Of a stretch of DNA of 64,000 nucleotides, positions 40,627 to 51,356 are shown piece after piece. Source of the DNA: an uncultured delta proteobacterium (GTDB taxonomy: Bacteria; Desulfobacterota; Binatia; UBA9968); the NCBI GenBank assembly GCA_963760795.1, contig CAVXEP010000011.1:1-64000 (forward strand), read 5' to 3'. The translations under genes and the position numbers were made by a program. The notes below the pieces were generated by a model. The model was not told the origin of the DNA. It worked only from the letters and a program-made list of their open reading frames with translations, and made no database searches. The stretch's first letter is position 1; each line of letters begins with the position of its first letter.

Positions 40627-40827
40627 ATACTCCTCCCGGCTGATGAGCCCGCATCTACTTAGTACACCAGTCACGAATCGGTCAAGGGCGGATTCGCTGC
40701 CGATTAAGACGAGTCAGCGAATAATCGACGGTTCTCGATATTTCCCAACATTTTGCGATTGACGGACCTAGCGCGCTGTAATAAACGAAAACTCTTTGTC
40801 GGTAACGCTTAATTTCAGGAGGCAACC

Positions 40828-42508
40828 ATGGCCCGAGTCACTGGGAGCCATTTAATCTGCAAAGCGCTCAAGCTCGAAGGCGTTAAGAATATTTTCGGTT
40901 TGGCCGGCGATCATATTCTGCCGGTCTTGGACGTCATGGCCGACCAAGACTTTCGCATCATCGACACGCGCCACGAGCAGGCGGCGGTGCATATGGCCGA
41001 CGCGTGGAGCCGTCTGACCGAGCAGCCGGGCGTGTGCATGTACACGACGCCAGGTTTTGCCAACGCGATCCCCGGTCTGACCAATGCCCTGCACACCGAA
41101 GCCCCGGTGATATCCATCGCCGGCTCAGCCGACACGCACGACTTGGGACGCGGCGCGCAGCAGGAGATCGACCAAGTGCACATGGCCGCGCCGGTTACCA
41201 AAGGTTCGTACATGGTCGACAACGTTCGACGAATCCCGGAATTCATCGCCCGCGCCATGCGCTTGGCCTTTAGCGGCCGGCGCGGCCCGGTGCATTTGAC
41301 GATTCCCATCGACATCCAAGAGCAGAGCGTCGAGGAAGATGACGTCGGGTTCATCGAGCCGGACGGCTATCGGCCAAAGGTGCCGCAGTTGACCGATCCT
41401 GAGCTGGTGCGTCAGAGCGGTCGCTCTGCTACATAACGCGCAGAAGCCTTTGGTCGTCGCCGGCATTGCCGCTGGTTACACACTGTCGGGCGAATCCATG
41501 CAGCGCTTCATTGAGACCACGCGTTTGCCGCTGCTCACCGAGGAGCAGTCGCGCGGACTAGTCGGCGACGATCACCCGTATGTTTTCGGCTATTTCGAGC
41601 GCGGGCTGAACCGCGCCGCGGCGAAAGTGCGCGAGGCCGATCTGGTCGTGTTGCTTGGCCGCAAGCAAGATTTCACCATCGGCTTTTGCCGGCCGCCTCA
41701 TGTCGCGGCGAATGCGAAAATCATCCAGATCGATCCATCGCCCTTGGAAATTGGCCGCAATCGCGGCGTTGCCGTCGGTATGGTCGGCGATGTCGCCAGC
41801 GTCTTGGAACAGATGACGAAGGAAGCGGCAAACTATCAGTGGCAAGATCTACCCTGGTTGGACGAACTGCGCGCCGCGCGCGCCGCGCAATCCGAGTGGG
41901 CGGAAGATTTGACTCGCCGCACGGCGCCGATGCATGCGCTGTACGTGCACAAGACGCTTAATTCGATCCTTCGTCCCGACGACTGCCTGATCTTCGACGG
42001 CGGCGACTTCTGCCATTTCGGCCGATCCTACTTGCCCGCGCTCAAGCCCAAGCGCTGGCTGAACGTGTCGAGTCTGGGCATGCTCGGCTCATCGTTGCCC
42101 TCGGCACTGGCGGCGAAAGTCGCGTACCCCGACTCACGCGTGTTCGTGCTCAGCGGCGACGGCGCTTTCGGCTTCAACGCCATGGAGTTCGACACCGCGG
42201 TGCGCCACCAGCTCAACATCGTCGAGATTATCGGCAACGATTCGGCGTGGGGTATCGACCGGCAAATCCAGCTGGGTCTCTACGGCCGCCCGGTTGCCAC
42301 CGACTTGTTGCAAACCCGTTACGATCAAATGGTTGAAGGCTTGGGTGGCTACGGCGAGTTTGTCGAACGCGCTGAAGACTTAGAGCCGGCGCTGCAGCGC
42401 GCATTAGCCAGCGGCAAACCGGCGCTGCTGAACGTCGTAGTCGAGCGCGCGATCAGCCCGCGCGCCGAGGCAGCCATCGGCCGGCGTAAAACGGCGGCGC
42501 AGAAGTAA
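40828..42508 (+). CDS. Thiamine-diphosphate enzyme (acetolactate synthase-like); frameshift at ~41416
   Basis: DTRHEQAAVHMADA, RGPVHLTIP, SGDGAFG...GNDSAWG; halves join at VRQ|AVALLHNAQKP. Confidence 0.9.
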
Positions 42509-42593
42509 GAAGCCAACCGTTTTGTCGCGGCTGAAAGCAGCAAAAATCGTTTTCGTCGCCAATCGTCGGATTACAGATCACTAACTAGGCTGA

Positions 42594-42800
42594 CAATATG
42601 ACCCGAGAAAGGCAGCATCCAACCTGGCCGGGCATGGTGTGTGGTTCGAAGAAGCGCTCATGGTATTCGGGGAGGTTCTTGCACGGAGTTTTGATGACGA
42701 GTCCGACGATGATCCTTATCGTCTTGCCCGCGTAGGACGGTGTCCGAGCTTGCAGGTTTGCGGTCCAAGGAAAGCGGAAGGATTCTACAGCAGCGCTTAG
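42594..42800 (+). pseudogene. BrnT-family toxin remnant
   Basis: QYDPRKAASNLAGHGVWFEEALMVFGEVLARSFDD, preceded in frame by TGA; no start codon, C-terminus diverges. Confidence 0.7.
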
Positions 42801-42911
42801 GCGCTTAAACTTCTCGGCGAAAGCAAAGCAGGAAAAGCGCGAAGCCAGCTATTTTCCTCATAGGTCATCTCTCCTCCGCAGCCTCTAGCGGCGGTCTTAA
42901 TAAAAAGATTT

Positions 42912-42938
42912 CTCCGCGAACTCAGCGTCTCAGCGGTG
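42912..42938. repeat. Lone CTCnGCG-type right arm
   Basis: CTCCGCGAACTCAGCGTCTCAGCGGTG followed by TCCGT. Confidence 0.55.
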
Positions 42939-42959
42939 ATCAATCCGTCTCGACGGTCA

Positions 42960-44036
42960 TTACTTGCCGATCGCGAAGATCTCATTATAGAGCTTGGTGA
43001 ACTCTTTGAAGTTGGGTCCGACGATCTCGGGTTTCACCACCAGATATTTATCGACTCGAAGTTGGGGAAATCGCTCTTTCAATCCCGTGCGCGTCGGCGT
43101 GCGGCCGAACTTCTCGGCGAAGAATTTCATGCCGCCATCCGCCGCTAACGCCCAGTCGATGAAGAGCGCCGCGGCGTGCGGGTGGGGCGAATTTTTGGTC
43201 AGCAAAAGATACGCGGGATTGGACAATACCGGGTCGAAAAGCACAGTCTCCACCGGCGCGCCTTCGTCTTTTAACTGCAGCGGCCGGTAGCCGTAGAGCC
43301 ACGGCGCCATTTGAATCTCTCCGGCGCCGACAAGATTGGCCTGCTGGGTGTGTCCCGAAACCATTCTGGGATCGAGCTTGGCGAGGTTCCTAAAATAACT
43401 TAGTGCCTTCTCCTTGCCCCAGTGGAGCAAGAGCGCGCCGAACAGATCCTGATCCGCCGGATCGAGCGAAAAGCGCCCTTTCCATTTTGGGTTGAGCAGC
43501 TCCTCGTAGCTCTTGGGCGCCTCCGCGGGCTTGATATGCTGGGTGTTGAAACCGAGAGCCAAAACGAAATGATAATGCGCCGTCCAAAATCCTTTCTCGT
43601 CCATGAAGTCTTTGGGAATTCCATCGCGGCTGGGCGAGAGATAGGCGTCGATGAGTCCCGCTTGCAAAAACGTGTGCGCCTCGCCGGCCGAGATGTCGAT
43701 CACGTCGGCGAGAGTTTGTCCGGCGCGCGATTCAGTGGCGAACTTATTGTACACCCCGGTCGCATTGGCCCGGTAATGTTCCGGCTTGATGAACGGATAG
43801 CGCTTTTGAAACTCGTCGAGCAAAGGCTTCAACTGATCGACGGCGGTAAAGCTGTAGACTACGACCCGGCCCTCTTTTTTCGCGCCGTCGCCGAGCTTCT
43901 GCTCCCGTTCCTTGCCCTTAACTCCGTCAAATTGTTTGAGCAGCGATGCCGCGCTCTGACCAAGAGCGTAAAACGGCAAAAATAGCGTAGTAACCGAAGC
44001 AATGAGGAGCGACAAAAGTAAAACTTGCCTTCTCAT
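42960..44036 (-). CDS. ABC substrate-binding protein (Fe(III)-type family)
   Basis: GAKKEGRVVVY, APKSYEELLNPKWKG, PHPHAAALFIDW. Confidence 0.88.
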   Translation of the reverse strand: MRRQVLLLSLLIASVTTLFLPFYALGQSAASLLKQFDGVKGKEREQKLGDGAKKEGRVVVYSFTAVDQLKPLLDEFQKRYPFIKPEHYRANATGVYNKFATESRAGQTLADVIDISAGEAHTFLQAGLIDAYLSPSRDGIPKDFMDEKGFWTAHYHFVLALGFNTQHIKPAEAPKSYEELLNPKWKGRFSLDPADQDLFGALLLHWGKEKALSYFRNLAKLDPRMVSGHTQQANLVGAGEIQMAPWLYGYRPLQLKDEGAPVETVLFDPVLSNPAYLLLTKNSPHPHAAALFIDWALAADGGMKFFAEKFGRTPTRTGLKERFPQLRVDKYLVVKPEIVGPNFKEFTKLYNEIFAIGK

Positions 44037-44183
44037 ACGTTCTCCTATTGTTTGGATGCCTTGACAACCACGTCTCTATCGTAGGAAAAGCTGAAGCCAA
44101 TAAGGCTTTCCGGCAGACGGTGAAAACTGACCTTGTACGAGCCGATCAAAGTCATAGAACTTCACAGGCGTCAAGGAGAATTT

Positions 44184-45587
44184 ATGTCAAAAGCGCAGGT
44201 AAAAGAATTCGCCGCAGCCGACTCTCCGACTCAGACTCTAGCTGCATACGTTTCGGGGCTCGCTTATAAAAACATCCCCCAGGAGGTGATTTCGCACATC
44301 AAGCTTTGCCTGATCGATTCTCTCGGCTGCGCGCTTTTCGGCGCGACGCTGCCGTGGGGCAAGATCATCACTTCGTTCACCAAGGAGATGGGCAGAGGCA
44401 AGGGAGCGCTGATCTGGGGCGATGGCGCAGAGGTGCCGAGCACCAGCGCGCCACTGGCCAACGGCACGCTGATACACAGCTTCGAGATGGACGATTTGCA
44501 CCGCGTTGGCGTCATTCATCCGGGCGCGGAAGCGATACCGGCTGCGGACGCGCTGGTGCGTCGTGTCGGTCACGTCGACGGCAAGCGGTTTATCACCGCC
44601 CTGGTCGCCGGTTACGAAGTCGGCAGCCGGGTCGGCATGACCGGCGGGGCCTCTCAGCTGCGCCGAGGATTTCACCCCAGCGCCACCTCCGGCACATTCG
44701 CCGCCGGAGCGGCCGCGGCGAAAATGCTCCGGTTGAGTCCTGTCAAAACGCTCCATGCGTTGGGCATCGCCGGCACTCAAGCCGCGGGACTCATGGCTGC
44801 CCAATACGCCTCGATGGTAAAACGCATGCACCCTGGCCGCTCCGCGCAGGCCGGCGTCTATGGCGCTCTGCTCGCGGCTAAAGGATTTACCGGTATCGAG
44901 GACATTCTCGAAGCGCCCTACGGCGGCTTCTGCTCGACGTTCTGTGACAATCCCAATCTGTCGCACCTGACTCAAGATCTGGGCGAGCGCTTCGAGACGC
45001 TCAACGTCGGCTGCAAACCCTATCCCTGCTGTGGCAGCAATCACACGTCCATCGATGCGCTGAAAAAAATTCTCCGCGAGCATCCGGAGGTGCGCGCCGA
45101 GAACGTGGACAAGATCCGCATTCGCACCACCCGCGCCACCAAGCTCCACGTCGGCTGGCCCTACGAGCCCAAGAGCATGACCACGGCGCAGATGAATCTG
45201 CCGTTCTGCGTCGCCGTGCTGCTGCACGACCGCGAGTTTTTCGTCGATCAGATTACCGAAAAGTCGATTCGCAGCGCAGCGGTGCTGAAAACGACAACGA
45301 AAATCGAAGTTCTCGAGGACCCCGAGTTCGAAGCGCTCGGTGACGAAGGGCGTCATGGAGTCAACCTGGAGGTTCAACTGCAGGACGGCCGAAGCTACAG
45401 CGAAAAAGTCCTCCACGCCAAGGGCAGCGACAAGCATCCGATGACGCGCGATGAGGCGCTTAAAAAATTCCGCTTGCTAGCGTCCCGCGTCCTATCGCGT
45501 TCTCGCGTCGAGCGTTTGGAAGATACGCTGCTCAACTTGGAGAAGCTCGATGACGCCGGAAAAATCGCCAAGTTGCTTACGGCGTGA
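44184..45587 (+). CDS. MmgE/PrpD-family protein
   Basis: NGTLIHSFEMDDLH, HPG, RGFHPS, KPYPCC; AAGGAG RBS. Confidence 0.92.
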   Translation: MSKAQVKEFAAADSPTQTLAAYVSGLAYKNIPQEVISHIKLCLIDSLGCALFGATLPWGKIITSFTKEMGRGKGALIWGDGAEVPSTSAPLANGTLIHSFEMDDLHRVGVIHPGAEAIPAADALVRRVGHVDGKRFITALVAGYEVGSRVGMTGGASQLRRGFHPSATSGTFAAGAAAAKMLRLSPVKTLHALGIAGTQAAGLMAAQYASMVKRMHPGRSAQAGVYGALLAAKGFTGIEDILEAPYGGFCSTFCDNPNLSHLTQDLGERFETLNVGCKPYPCCGSNHTSIDALKKILREHPEVRAENVDKIRIRTTRATKLHVGWPYEPKSMTTAQMNLPFCVAVLLHDREFFVDQITEKSIRSAAVLKTTTKIEVLEDPEFEALGDEGRHGVNLEVQLQDGRSYSEKVLHAKGSDKHPMTRDEALKKFRLLASRVLSRSRVERLEDTLLNLEKLDDAGKIAKLLTA

Positions 45588-45729
45588 TTTACCGATGCAA
45601 AGGCCGATCAGCCCGAGGGCGCAGCCGCCATCGGCCGGGACAAAGCGGCCGTGCCGAAATTTCGATTATCCTTTGCGCCGATGCGATTGCGCTCGACCAT
45701 GGAGCAAAAAGATCGGGGCGGTCAGCGGC

Positions 45730-46611
45730 TTAAGTGCCGCGGCCCCACAGACCGCAATAGCGCCTCAAGACGAAGGGCAAAGCTGTCTTGTAATTGGGCC
45801 ATTTCTCGTATTTTGGCAGCTGCAGCTCTTTCTCCGCCGGCTCCCAGCATTTCCCCTCACGCGCCGCGGCCTTCACCGCTTCGGAGGCATCTTGCAGGAA
45901 GGTCAGTTGATCCTGCGCGTCCTGTTTGGAGCCTAACCGCTCGCCGGGATTGCCGGGGTGGCCGGGTATCAGCCGTTCCCAATCCATCGCCAGGACTTGC
46001 TTGATCGAGCTCTCCGTCTCGAGCGGATAAAAGTCGATCATGCCCCGGGCCGGCAATGTACCGACCGGAAGCCAGTCGACTGCGAAGATGATCTTCTCCT
46101 TCGGCAGCCGCATGACGATCGAGCTGTCGGAGTGGTTGAGTCCAACGTACGTCAACTCCAGGGTCGTGCCGCCGAGGTTGATCGTCCTCTTCTTGTCCAT
46201 CGTTTCATCGGGCAACGGAGTCGTCGGATCCTTGAGGACGGCGAGGCGTTCCTTCGCCCGTTTGTGGGCGATGATCTTCGCGCCCGCATCCTTGAAGGGC
46301 TTGCCCCCGGCGATATGGTCATAGTGATGGTGGCTGTAGATCAGGTACTTGATCGGCTGGTTGGTGATCTTTTTGATCTCATCAACATAGGTTGTCACCG
46401 CTTGCAACTGTCCGTAGCCGATCGGATCAGTGGCGATCACGCCGTCTTTGGTGACGACGAACATCGCCTGGCGGCCACCGTAGCGAAAAACGTAGACATT
46501 TTCAGTGCCCTCGACCCTGGTGGTCGCGAACGGCGGCGGTTTTTGCTCTTGGGCCTGTGTCGTCGATGCTAGCAGCGCGCCTAACGCAATTGTGTAAAGA
46601 ATTCTCGACAT
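45730..46611 (-). CDS. Secreted MBL-fold metallo-hydrolase
   Basis: Signal peptide, SHHHYDH, NHS, IPGH. Confidence 0.88.
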   Translation of the reverse strand: MSRILYTIALGALLASTTQAQEQKPPPFATTRVEGTENVYVFRYGGRQAMFVVTKDGVIATDPIGYGQLQAVTTYVDEIKKITNQPIKYLIYSHHHYDHIAGGKPFKDAGAKIIAHKRAKERLAVLKDPTTPLPDETMDKKRTINLGGTTLELTYVGLNHSDSSIVMRLPKEKIIFAVDWLPVGTLPARGMIDFYPLETESSIKQVLAMDWERLIPGHPGNPGERLGSKQDAQDQLTFLQDASEAVKAAAREGKCWEPAEKELQLPKYEKWPNYKTALPFVLRRYCGLWGRGT

Positions 46612-46723
46612 GGTCGCCTCCTTATAACAATTGATTGGAACTCCCTTTTAGTATCAACTGAAGCGCACATTATCTAAACACGTAGTCTAATGTTAACGTG
46701 GCGCGGTAGCCGGTGCGTCAATT

Positions 46724-47707
46724 TCAAACTTTCAGTTTCAGTAACTGAATGACATTGTCGCCGAGGATTTTTTCTTTCTCCCGTTTCGCGATCGGCATCG
46801 CCTCGATGCTCGGCACAGCGGCGGGGAGATCGCCGATGATCAGCGGGAAATCGCTGCCGAGCACCATGCGGCCGGCGCCGTAAAATTGATAGGCCATCAT
46901 CAGCGCGGGCTGGTAAAACGACACGGTGTCGCAGTAGAGATCGCGCAGGTATTCCGATGTCGGTTTCTTGGTCTTGATGCCGCAAGTAGGGTCGTGGTAG
47001 CCGCGGTCAATTCTGCCGGCGAGAAAGGGGATGCCGGCGCCGAGATGGGAGATCACGAAGTTAAGCTCAGGGAATTTATCGAGCACGCCGGCGTAGGCGA
47101 GCCGGGTCGCCGACAGGACGATGTCGAACTCAAAACCGAGAATGATCGCCAGCCGCCACTCCTGCATGACTTGCGCGCCCAGCGGCGTGGTCGGGTGAAT
47201 GAAGATCGGCACGCCAAGCTCCTGGGCGCGCGCGTAGACCGGCAGGAGAAAATCCGAGTCGACCATCTTGCCGGCGACGTTGGTGAGCATGCACATGCCC
47301 TTCAAACCGAGATCGAGGACGGCGCGGTCGAGTTCTTTTAGCGCCAGCTTGGTATCGACCAGCGGCAACATGGCGAGGCCCTGGAACTGCTTGGGGTATT
47401 TTCTTACGGCCTTGGCGATGCCATCGTTGATGATCCGGCTCATCTCGGCGCTCTCGTCGGGGGAGAAACGGTCGACGCCCGGATGCGGCGAAGACAATAT
47501 CTGCATATCGACGCGGTGTTCCTTGATGCGCTCGACGCGCACGTCAGTGTCGAAGAAATCGGCATTGATCGGCCCGGCTCTGGCGCCCATGCTCAAGATC
47601 CATTTCTGGCCTTTAGCGTCGGTCTCGATGCGCACGTCGCCGGTCGAGGCTTCGAGCTTTTTCAGATAATCTTCCGGATAGATGTGGGCGTGGAAATCGA
47701 TGTTCAT
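46724..47707 (-). CDS. Amidohydrolase_2 family (ACMSD-like decarboxylase/hydratase)
   Basis: IDFHAH, FIHP, SHLGAG, GSDFP. Confidence 0.88.
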   Translation of the reverse strand: MNIDFHAHIYPEDYLKKLEASTGDVRIETDAKGQKWILSMGARAGPINADFFDTDVRVERIKEHRVDMQILSSPHPGVDRFSPDESAEMSRIINDGIAKAVRKYPKQFQGLAMLPLVDTKLALKELDRAVLDLGLKGMCMLTNVAGKMVDSDFLLPVYARAQELGVPIFIHPTTPLGAQVMQEWRLAIILGFEFDIVLSATRLAYAGVLDKFPELNFVISHLGAGIPFLAGRIDRGYHDPTCGIKTKKPTSEYLRDLYCDTVSFYQPALMMAYQFYGAGRMVLGSDFPLIIGDLPAAVPSIEAMPIAKREKEKILGDNVIQLLKLKV

Positions 47708-47709
47708 TT

Positions 47710-47775
47710 TTCGGTCTCCTTCAAATCGTTCGAATTTTTCAAAAGGTTCCGAAGCAGCTCAAACCGTTTCCGAGT
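47710..47775. repeat. Degenerate GTTCAA arm with TCCGAA and TCCGA
   Basis: TTCAAATCGTTCGAATTTTTCAAAAGGTTCCGAA...TTTCCGA. Confidence 0.5.
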
Positions 47776-47849
47776 GAACTCGGCCTGGCTGAAGTGAACC
47801 GGAATCCAGTGACTTCCGGTGAAGTATCCTTCGCGACCCATCCGGCCCG

Positions 47850-48692
47850 CTACAAGCCCAAAATGCGCTCGGCGTTGCCGTGAAAAAGTTTCTCCATCAG
47901 CTCGTCGGAGTAGCCGAGCTCGCGCCATTCCTTAAATATGCGTTCGTAGGGAATGCTCGGATAATCGCTGCCGAACATGACTTTGTCTTTCAATCGGCCT
48001 TTGATATCGCGCTTGATGGCGTCGGGAAAATATTTCGGCGCCCAACCGGACATCTCCCACGACACGTTGCCCTTGTGCAGCGCCACCGCGATCATCTCGT
48101 CGGTCCACGGCCAGCCGGGATGGGCTGCGACGATATTCAAGTCGGGAAAATCCGCTGCCAGCTGATCGATGGCCGAAGGATGGGCGTGGCGGATCACCGC
48201 GCCCAAGCCGCCGGGCATGCCTGCGCCCATGCCGGTGGTGCCGACATCGATCATGACGGGAACTTTGAGCGCGTTGATGGTCTCCCACAGCGGGTAAAAC
48301 TTACGGTCGTCGACGGAGAAATGGCCCATGATCGGATGAAAGTGAAAGCCCAAAAGCTTTAAATCGTTGATCGCTGTTTTTGCCGCTTCGATGGCAACTT
48401 CGCCCTTCAGGGGATCGACGGCGCCCCATGCTTGCCGAATTACCCCGGGATGTCGGTCGCGCATCTGCGCAACATACTCATTCGTACAGGGCGGCGCGCC
48501 GGTGACCGATTCGATGTCAAAGGCCACCAGCATCGCTTCGACGCCGGCTTGTTTGAATTCTTCGATGACCTCGGATTCTTCCTTCCACGTCCAAGCTCGA
48601 TTCCAATATTTCGCCAGCGCTTCGACGTAGGGGCCCTGGGATTTGATCCACGGTTCGGTGTTGGGATAGCAGTGTAGGTCGATGATTCTCAA
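47850..48692 (-). CDS. Amidohydrolase_2 family, CouO-like acyl-CoA hydrolase candidate
   Basis: IDLHCY, TTGMGAGMPGG, AHPGWPW, SGWAPKYF, FGSDYP; 4-nt overlap with the ligase. Confidence 0.8.
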   Translation of the reverse strand: MRIIDLHCYPNTEPWIKSQGPYVEALAKYWNRAWTWKEESEVIEEFKQAGVEAMLVAFDIESVTGAPPCTNEYVAQMRDRHPGVIRQAWGAVDPLKGEVAIEAAKTAINDLKLLGFHFHPIMGHFSVDDRKFYPLWETINALKVPVMIDVGTTGMGAGMPGGLGAVIRHAHPSAIDQLAADFPDLNIVAAHPGWPWTDEMIAVALHKGNVSWEMSGWAPKYFPDAIKRDIKGRLKDKVMFGSDYPSIPYERIFKEWRELGYSDELMEKLFHGNAERILGL

Positions 48693-50338
48693 GGTTTGCT
48701 TTCTTCCTTCAGCTTTAACGTAATTCTCTCGGTCAAATCTTTTTTCGACACCTTGCCGAATGGCGAGAGCGGAAAATCGTCGACAATCTCCAACCGTTCC
48801 GGCAGTTTATGCTTGGCGATTTCCTCGTTCATGAGGAAGGTGACGAGTTCCGGTAATGTTAGAGCGCTGCCGGCGCGCAGGATCACATAGGCGCACATGC
48901 GCTCGCCGAGAATCGGATCGGGCATCGGCACGCAGGCGACGTTTTGCACGGCGGGATGAGTGAGTATGAGATTTTCAATCTCCTCGGCGCTGATCTTTTC
49001 GCCGCCGCGGTTGATCAAATCTTTTTTTCGTCCTTCCACCATGTAGCTGCCGGAGGGATGGCGGCGCATGAGATCGCCGGAGCGGTAAAAACCGTCGGCG
49101 GTAAACGCTCTGGCGTTGTACTCGGGCACGCCGAAGTAGCCGCGCAGGGTGTACGGCCCGCGGGCGAGCAGCTCGCCGACTTCCCCCGGCGCCACTTGGT
49201 TGTCGTCGTCGTCAACTAGCCGCACTTCGTCGTCGGGGCTCACCGGCCGGCCGACCGTCTCAAGCCTCACATCTTCGGGATCGTCGGCACGGATGAACAT
49301 CAGCATGCCTTCGGCCATGCCGAAATTTTCCTGGACGAAGACGCCGGGAATCAACTCTTTAGTCCGCCGGCGCACTTCCGGTTGCAGCCGCTGGCCGCCG
49401 CTCTGAATGACGCGCATCGAAGCCAGATCATATTTCGCGATTGACGGATCATTGATCAAACGGATCAACAGCGCGGGCACGACGGCGATATGACTCACGC
49501 GGTGGCGCTCGATCAACGCGAAGATTTCCTCGCTGCGGGTCGAGTTGGCGAGAACAACCTTGGCGCCGTGCAAGAAATATCCTTGGATACCGGGACAGGC
49601 GAGGGGCAGGTTGTGCGCCAGCGGCAGCACGCTCAGCATCACCCGCTCGGGACCGACGCCCGTCACAGCCGCGGCCATTTTCGAATTGTAAACATAATCG
49701 TTGTGCGAGCGTGGAATTAACTTGGGAATGCCGGTGGTGCCGCCGGAGAGTTGGAAGAGCGCCGGATCTTCGGGATCGATGGCGATCTCACGCAACTCGC
49801 CGGGCGCGCGCTTGCTGGGCCGCTCGATGAGCGCGGTCAGAGACAAATACCCGGCTGGCGCATCCCCCAAAATAATTCCCAAGCGCAGAGTTTTGCTCGC
49901 TGGGCGAATGCGCCGCACGAGGTCGCGGTAGTCGAAGTCTTTGGTCTGGTCCGGCGTGGCGCAGGCGACGGCGCCGGAGAGCTCGATGAATTGGCTTATC
50001 TCGCGAAATCGGTGGGTCGGCAGAGCCATGATCGGAATCGCGCCGATTTTTTGCAAGGCGCAGTAGAGATAAACGAATTCGACGACGTTGGGCAGCTGCA
50101 CCACCACGCGGTCGAGCGGCGCGAGCCCTTCGTCGAGGAGATTGAGCGCCAAGCGGGTCGAGCGTTGGTCGATTTGCGCATAGGTGACGGCTTGATCCCG
50201 GTCGATGACGGCAACACGCTCCGCGTGGCGGGCGAAAAGTTCATCGAAAGTATCGCGCAGTGAGCGATCTTCCCAATAGCCCTTAGCGCGGTAGCGCGCG
50301 GCGAACTCGGGCGGAAAGCGGACGACACCGTCTAACAT
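48689..50338 (-). CDS. Aryl-acid adenylating enzyme (DhbE/salicylate-CoA ligase-like)
   Basis: QLSGGTTGIPKLIPRSHNDY, AHNLPLACPG, FGMAEG, RGPYTLRGY, INRGGEKI. Confidence 0.9.
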   Translation of the reverse strand: MLDGVVRFPPEFAARYRAKGYWEDRSLRDTFDELFARHAERVAVIDRDQAVTYAQIDQRSTRLALNLLDEGLAPLDRVVVQLPNVVEFVYLYCALQKIGAIPIMALPTHRFREISQFIELSGAVACATPDQTKDFDYRDLVRRIRPASKTLRLGIILGDAPAGYLSLTALIERPSKRAPGELREIAIDPEDPALFQLSGGTTGIPKLIPRSHNDYVYNSKMAAAVTGVGPERVMLSVLPLAHNLPLACPGIQGYFLHGAKVVLANSTRSEEIFALIERHRVSHIAVVPALLIRLINDPSIAKYDLASMRVIQSGGQRLQPEVRRRTKELIPGVFVQENFGMAEGMLMFIRADDPEDVRLETVGRPVSPDDEVRLVDDDDNQVAPGEVGELLARGPYTLRGYFGVPEYNARAFTADGFYRSGDLMRRHPSGSYMVEGRKKDLINRGGEKISAEEIENLILTHPAVQNVACVPMPDPILGERMCAYVILRAGSALTLPELVTFLMNEEIAKHKLPERLEIVDDFPLSPFGKVSKKDLTERITLKLKEESKP

Positions 50339-50361
50339 CTACTCCTCGCTGCGCTCGTCGC

Positions 50362-50500
50362 ATTCCAATGTTCCAGTTGTTCCAAACGTTTAAGGTGTCG
50401 GAATTGAACGACTTGGAACAGCCAATCGAACATTTTAGCGCTAGATTCTCGTCGGAATGATTTGAATTCTGGAATCTGTAACTGGAACATTTGGAATCGG
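50362..50500. repeat. GTTCCA/TGGAAC arms with two TCGGA linkers
   Basis: Left arm, TCGGA 50398, right arm, TCGGA 50452, second right arm. Confidence 0.7.
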
Positions 50501-50510
50501 CGATCCTTTA

Positions 50511-51275
50511 TTACGTGGTGCTGGCGAACCCGCCGTCGACGATAATGATCTCGCCGGTGACGAAGCGGTTGTGTAGGATGAGACTCAGCATGCTGTCGGC
50601 GACATCGTCTTCGGTGCAGCAGCGATTGAGCGGCGTGTATTTCGCTCGGCGCGCCATCAAGCCTTGGTAGTTCTCCGCCAGCGTCCGCTTCATCCACTCG
50701 CCTTCGATCCAGCCGGGCGCCACCGCGTTGACGCGGATTTGCGGTCCTAACGCGTTGGCCAGTGTCTTGGTTAGGTTCGCCACCGCGGCTTTGCTGGCCG
50801 CGTAGGGCAATGGCTGGGCGCTGGGCCGCAGACCGGCGATGCTGCATGTGTTGACGATGCAGCCGTTGGGCGATTTTTTCAGTAGGGATGTCGCCGCCCG
50901 GGTGACCAGAAATAAACCGAGGACGTTCACATTAAAGACTCGGTTCCAGTCCTCGACTGTCATGGCTTCGAAATTTTTCGGGTCGACATCGACCGTCGTG
51001 CCGGCATTGTTGATCAGCACGTCGAGTCTGCCGAATTCCTGTTCGGTCGCCGCCAGCATGGCGCGCACGGCGGCGTCGTCACTGACATCCGCCCGGTAGA
51101 GCAGCGCGCGGGCACCCGCAGCTTCGCATGCGCGCGCCGTGATCCTCGCCGCGTCTTCGCTGCGGCTAAAATTGACGGCTACATCGTAGCCGTTTTGCGC
51201 CAACGCCACGGCGGCGCTGCGACCGATGCCGGTGGCCGCGCCGGTGACGAGCGCGGCGGGTTTATCGTTGCTCAT
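50511..51275 (-). CDS. SDR-family oxidoreductase
   Basis: TGAATGIG, NNAG, YAASK. Confidence 0.93.
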   Translation of the reverse strand: MSNDKPAALVTGAATGIGRSAAVALAQNGYDVAVNFSRSEDAARITARACEAAGARALLYRADVSDDAAVRAMLAATEQEFGRLDVLINNAGTTVDVDPKNFEAMTVEDWNRVFNVNVLGLFLVTRAATSLLKKSPNGCIVNTCSIAGLRPSAQPLPYAASKAAVANLTKTLANALGPQIRVNAVAPGWIEGEWMKRTLAENYQGLMARRAKYTPLNRCCTEDDVADSMLSLILHNRFVTGEIIIVDGGFASTT

Positions 51276-51356
51276 GGTGGCTTTGCTTGTAGCAAAAAAG
51301 TCGAATCGCCGTCAACGCGGCGGTGCTCTCGGCGCCGGCCGCGCGTTCGAACCAAG

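Noticed and set aside
42591-42593. Selenocysteine TGA before the BrnT-like frame
   Set aside because: Not a Cys-equivalent position, no upstream start and no SECIS-like hairpin recognised.
9813-45437. Long antisense or alternate-frame ORFs (e.g. 9813-11021, 11750-12832, 14850-16022, 22468-23766, 32853-34208, 44238-45437)
   Set aside because: They overlap well-supported genes and are typical stop-poor shadows of GC-rich coding DNA.
48689-50338. Siderophore (DhbE/EntE) biosynthesis cluster
   Set aside because: No isochorismate synthase, carrier protein or NRPS; the neighbours are catabolic.
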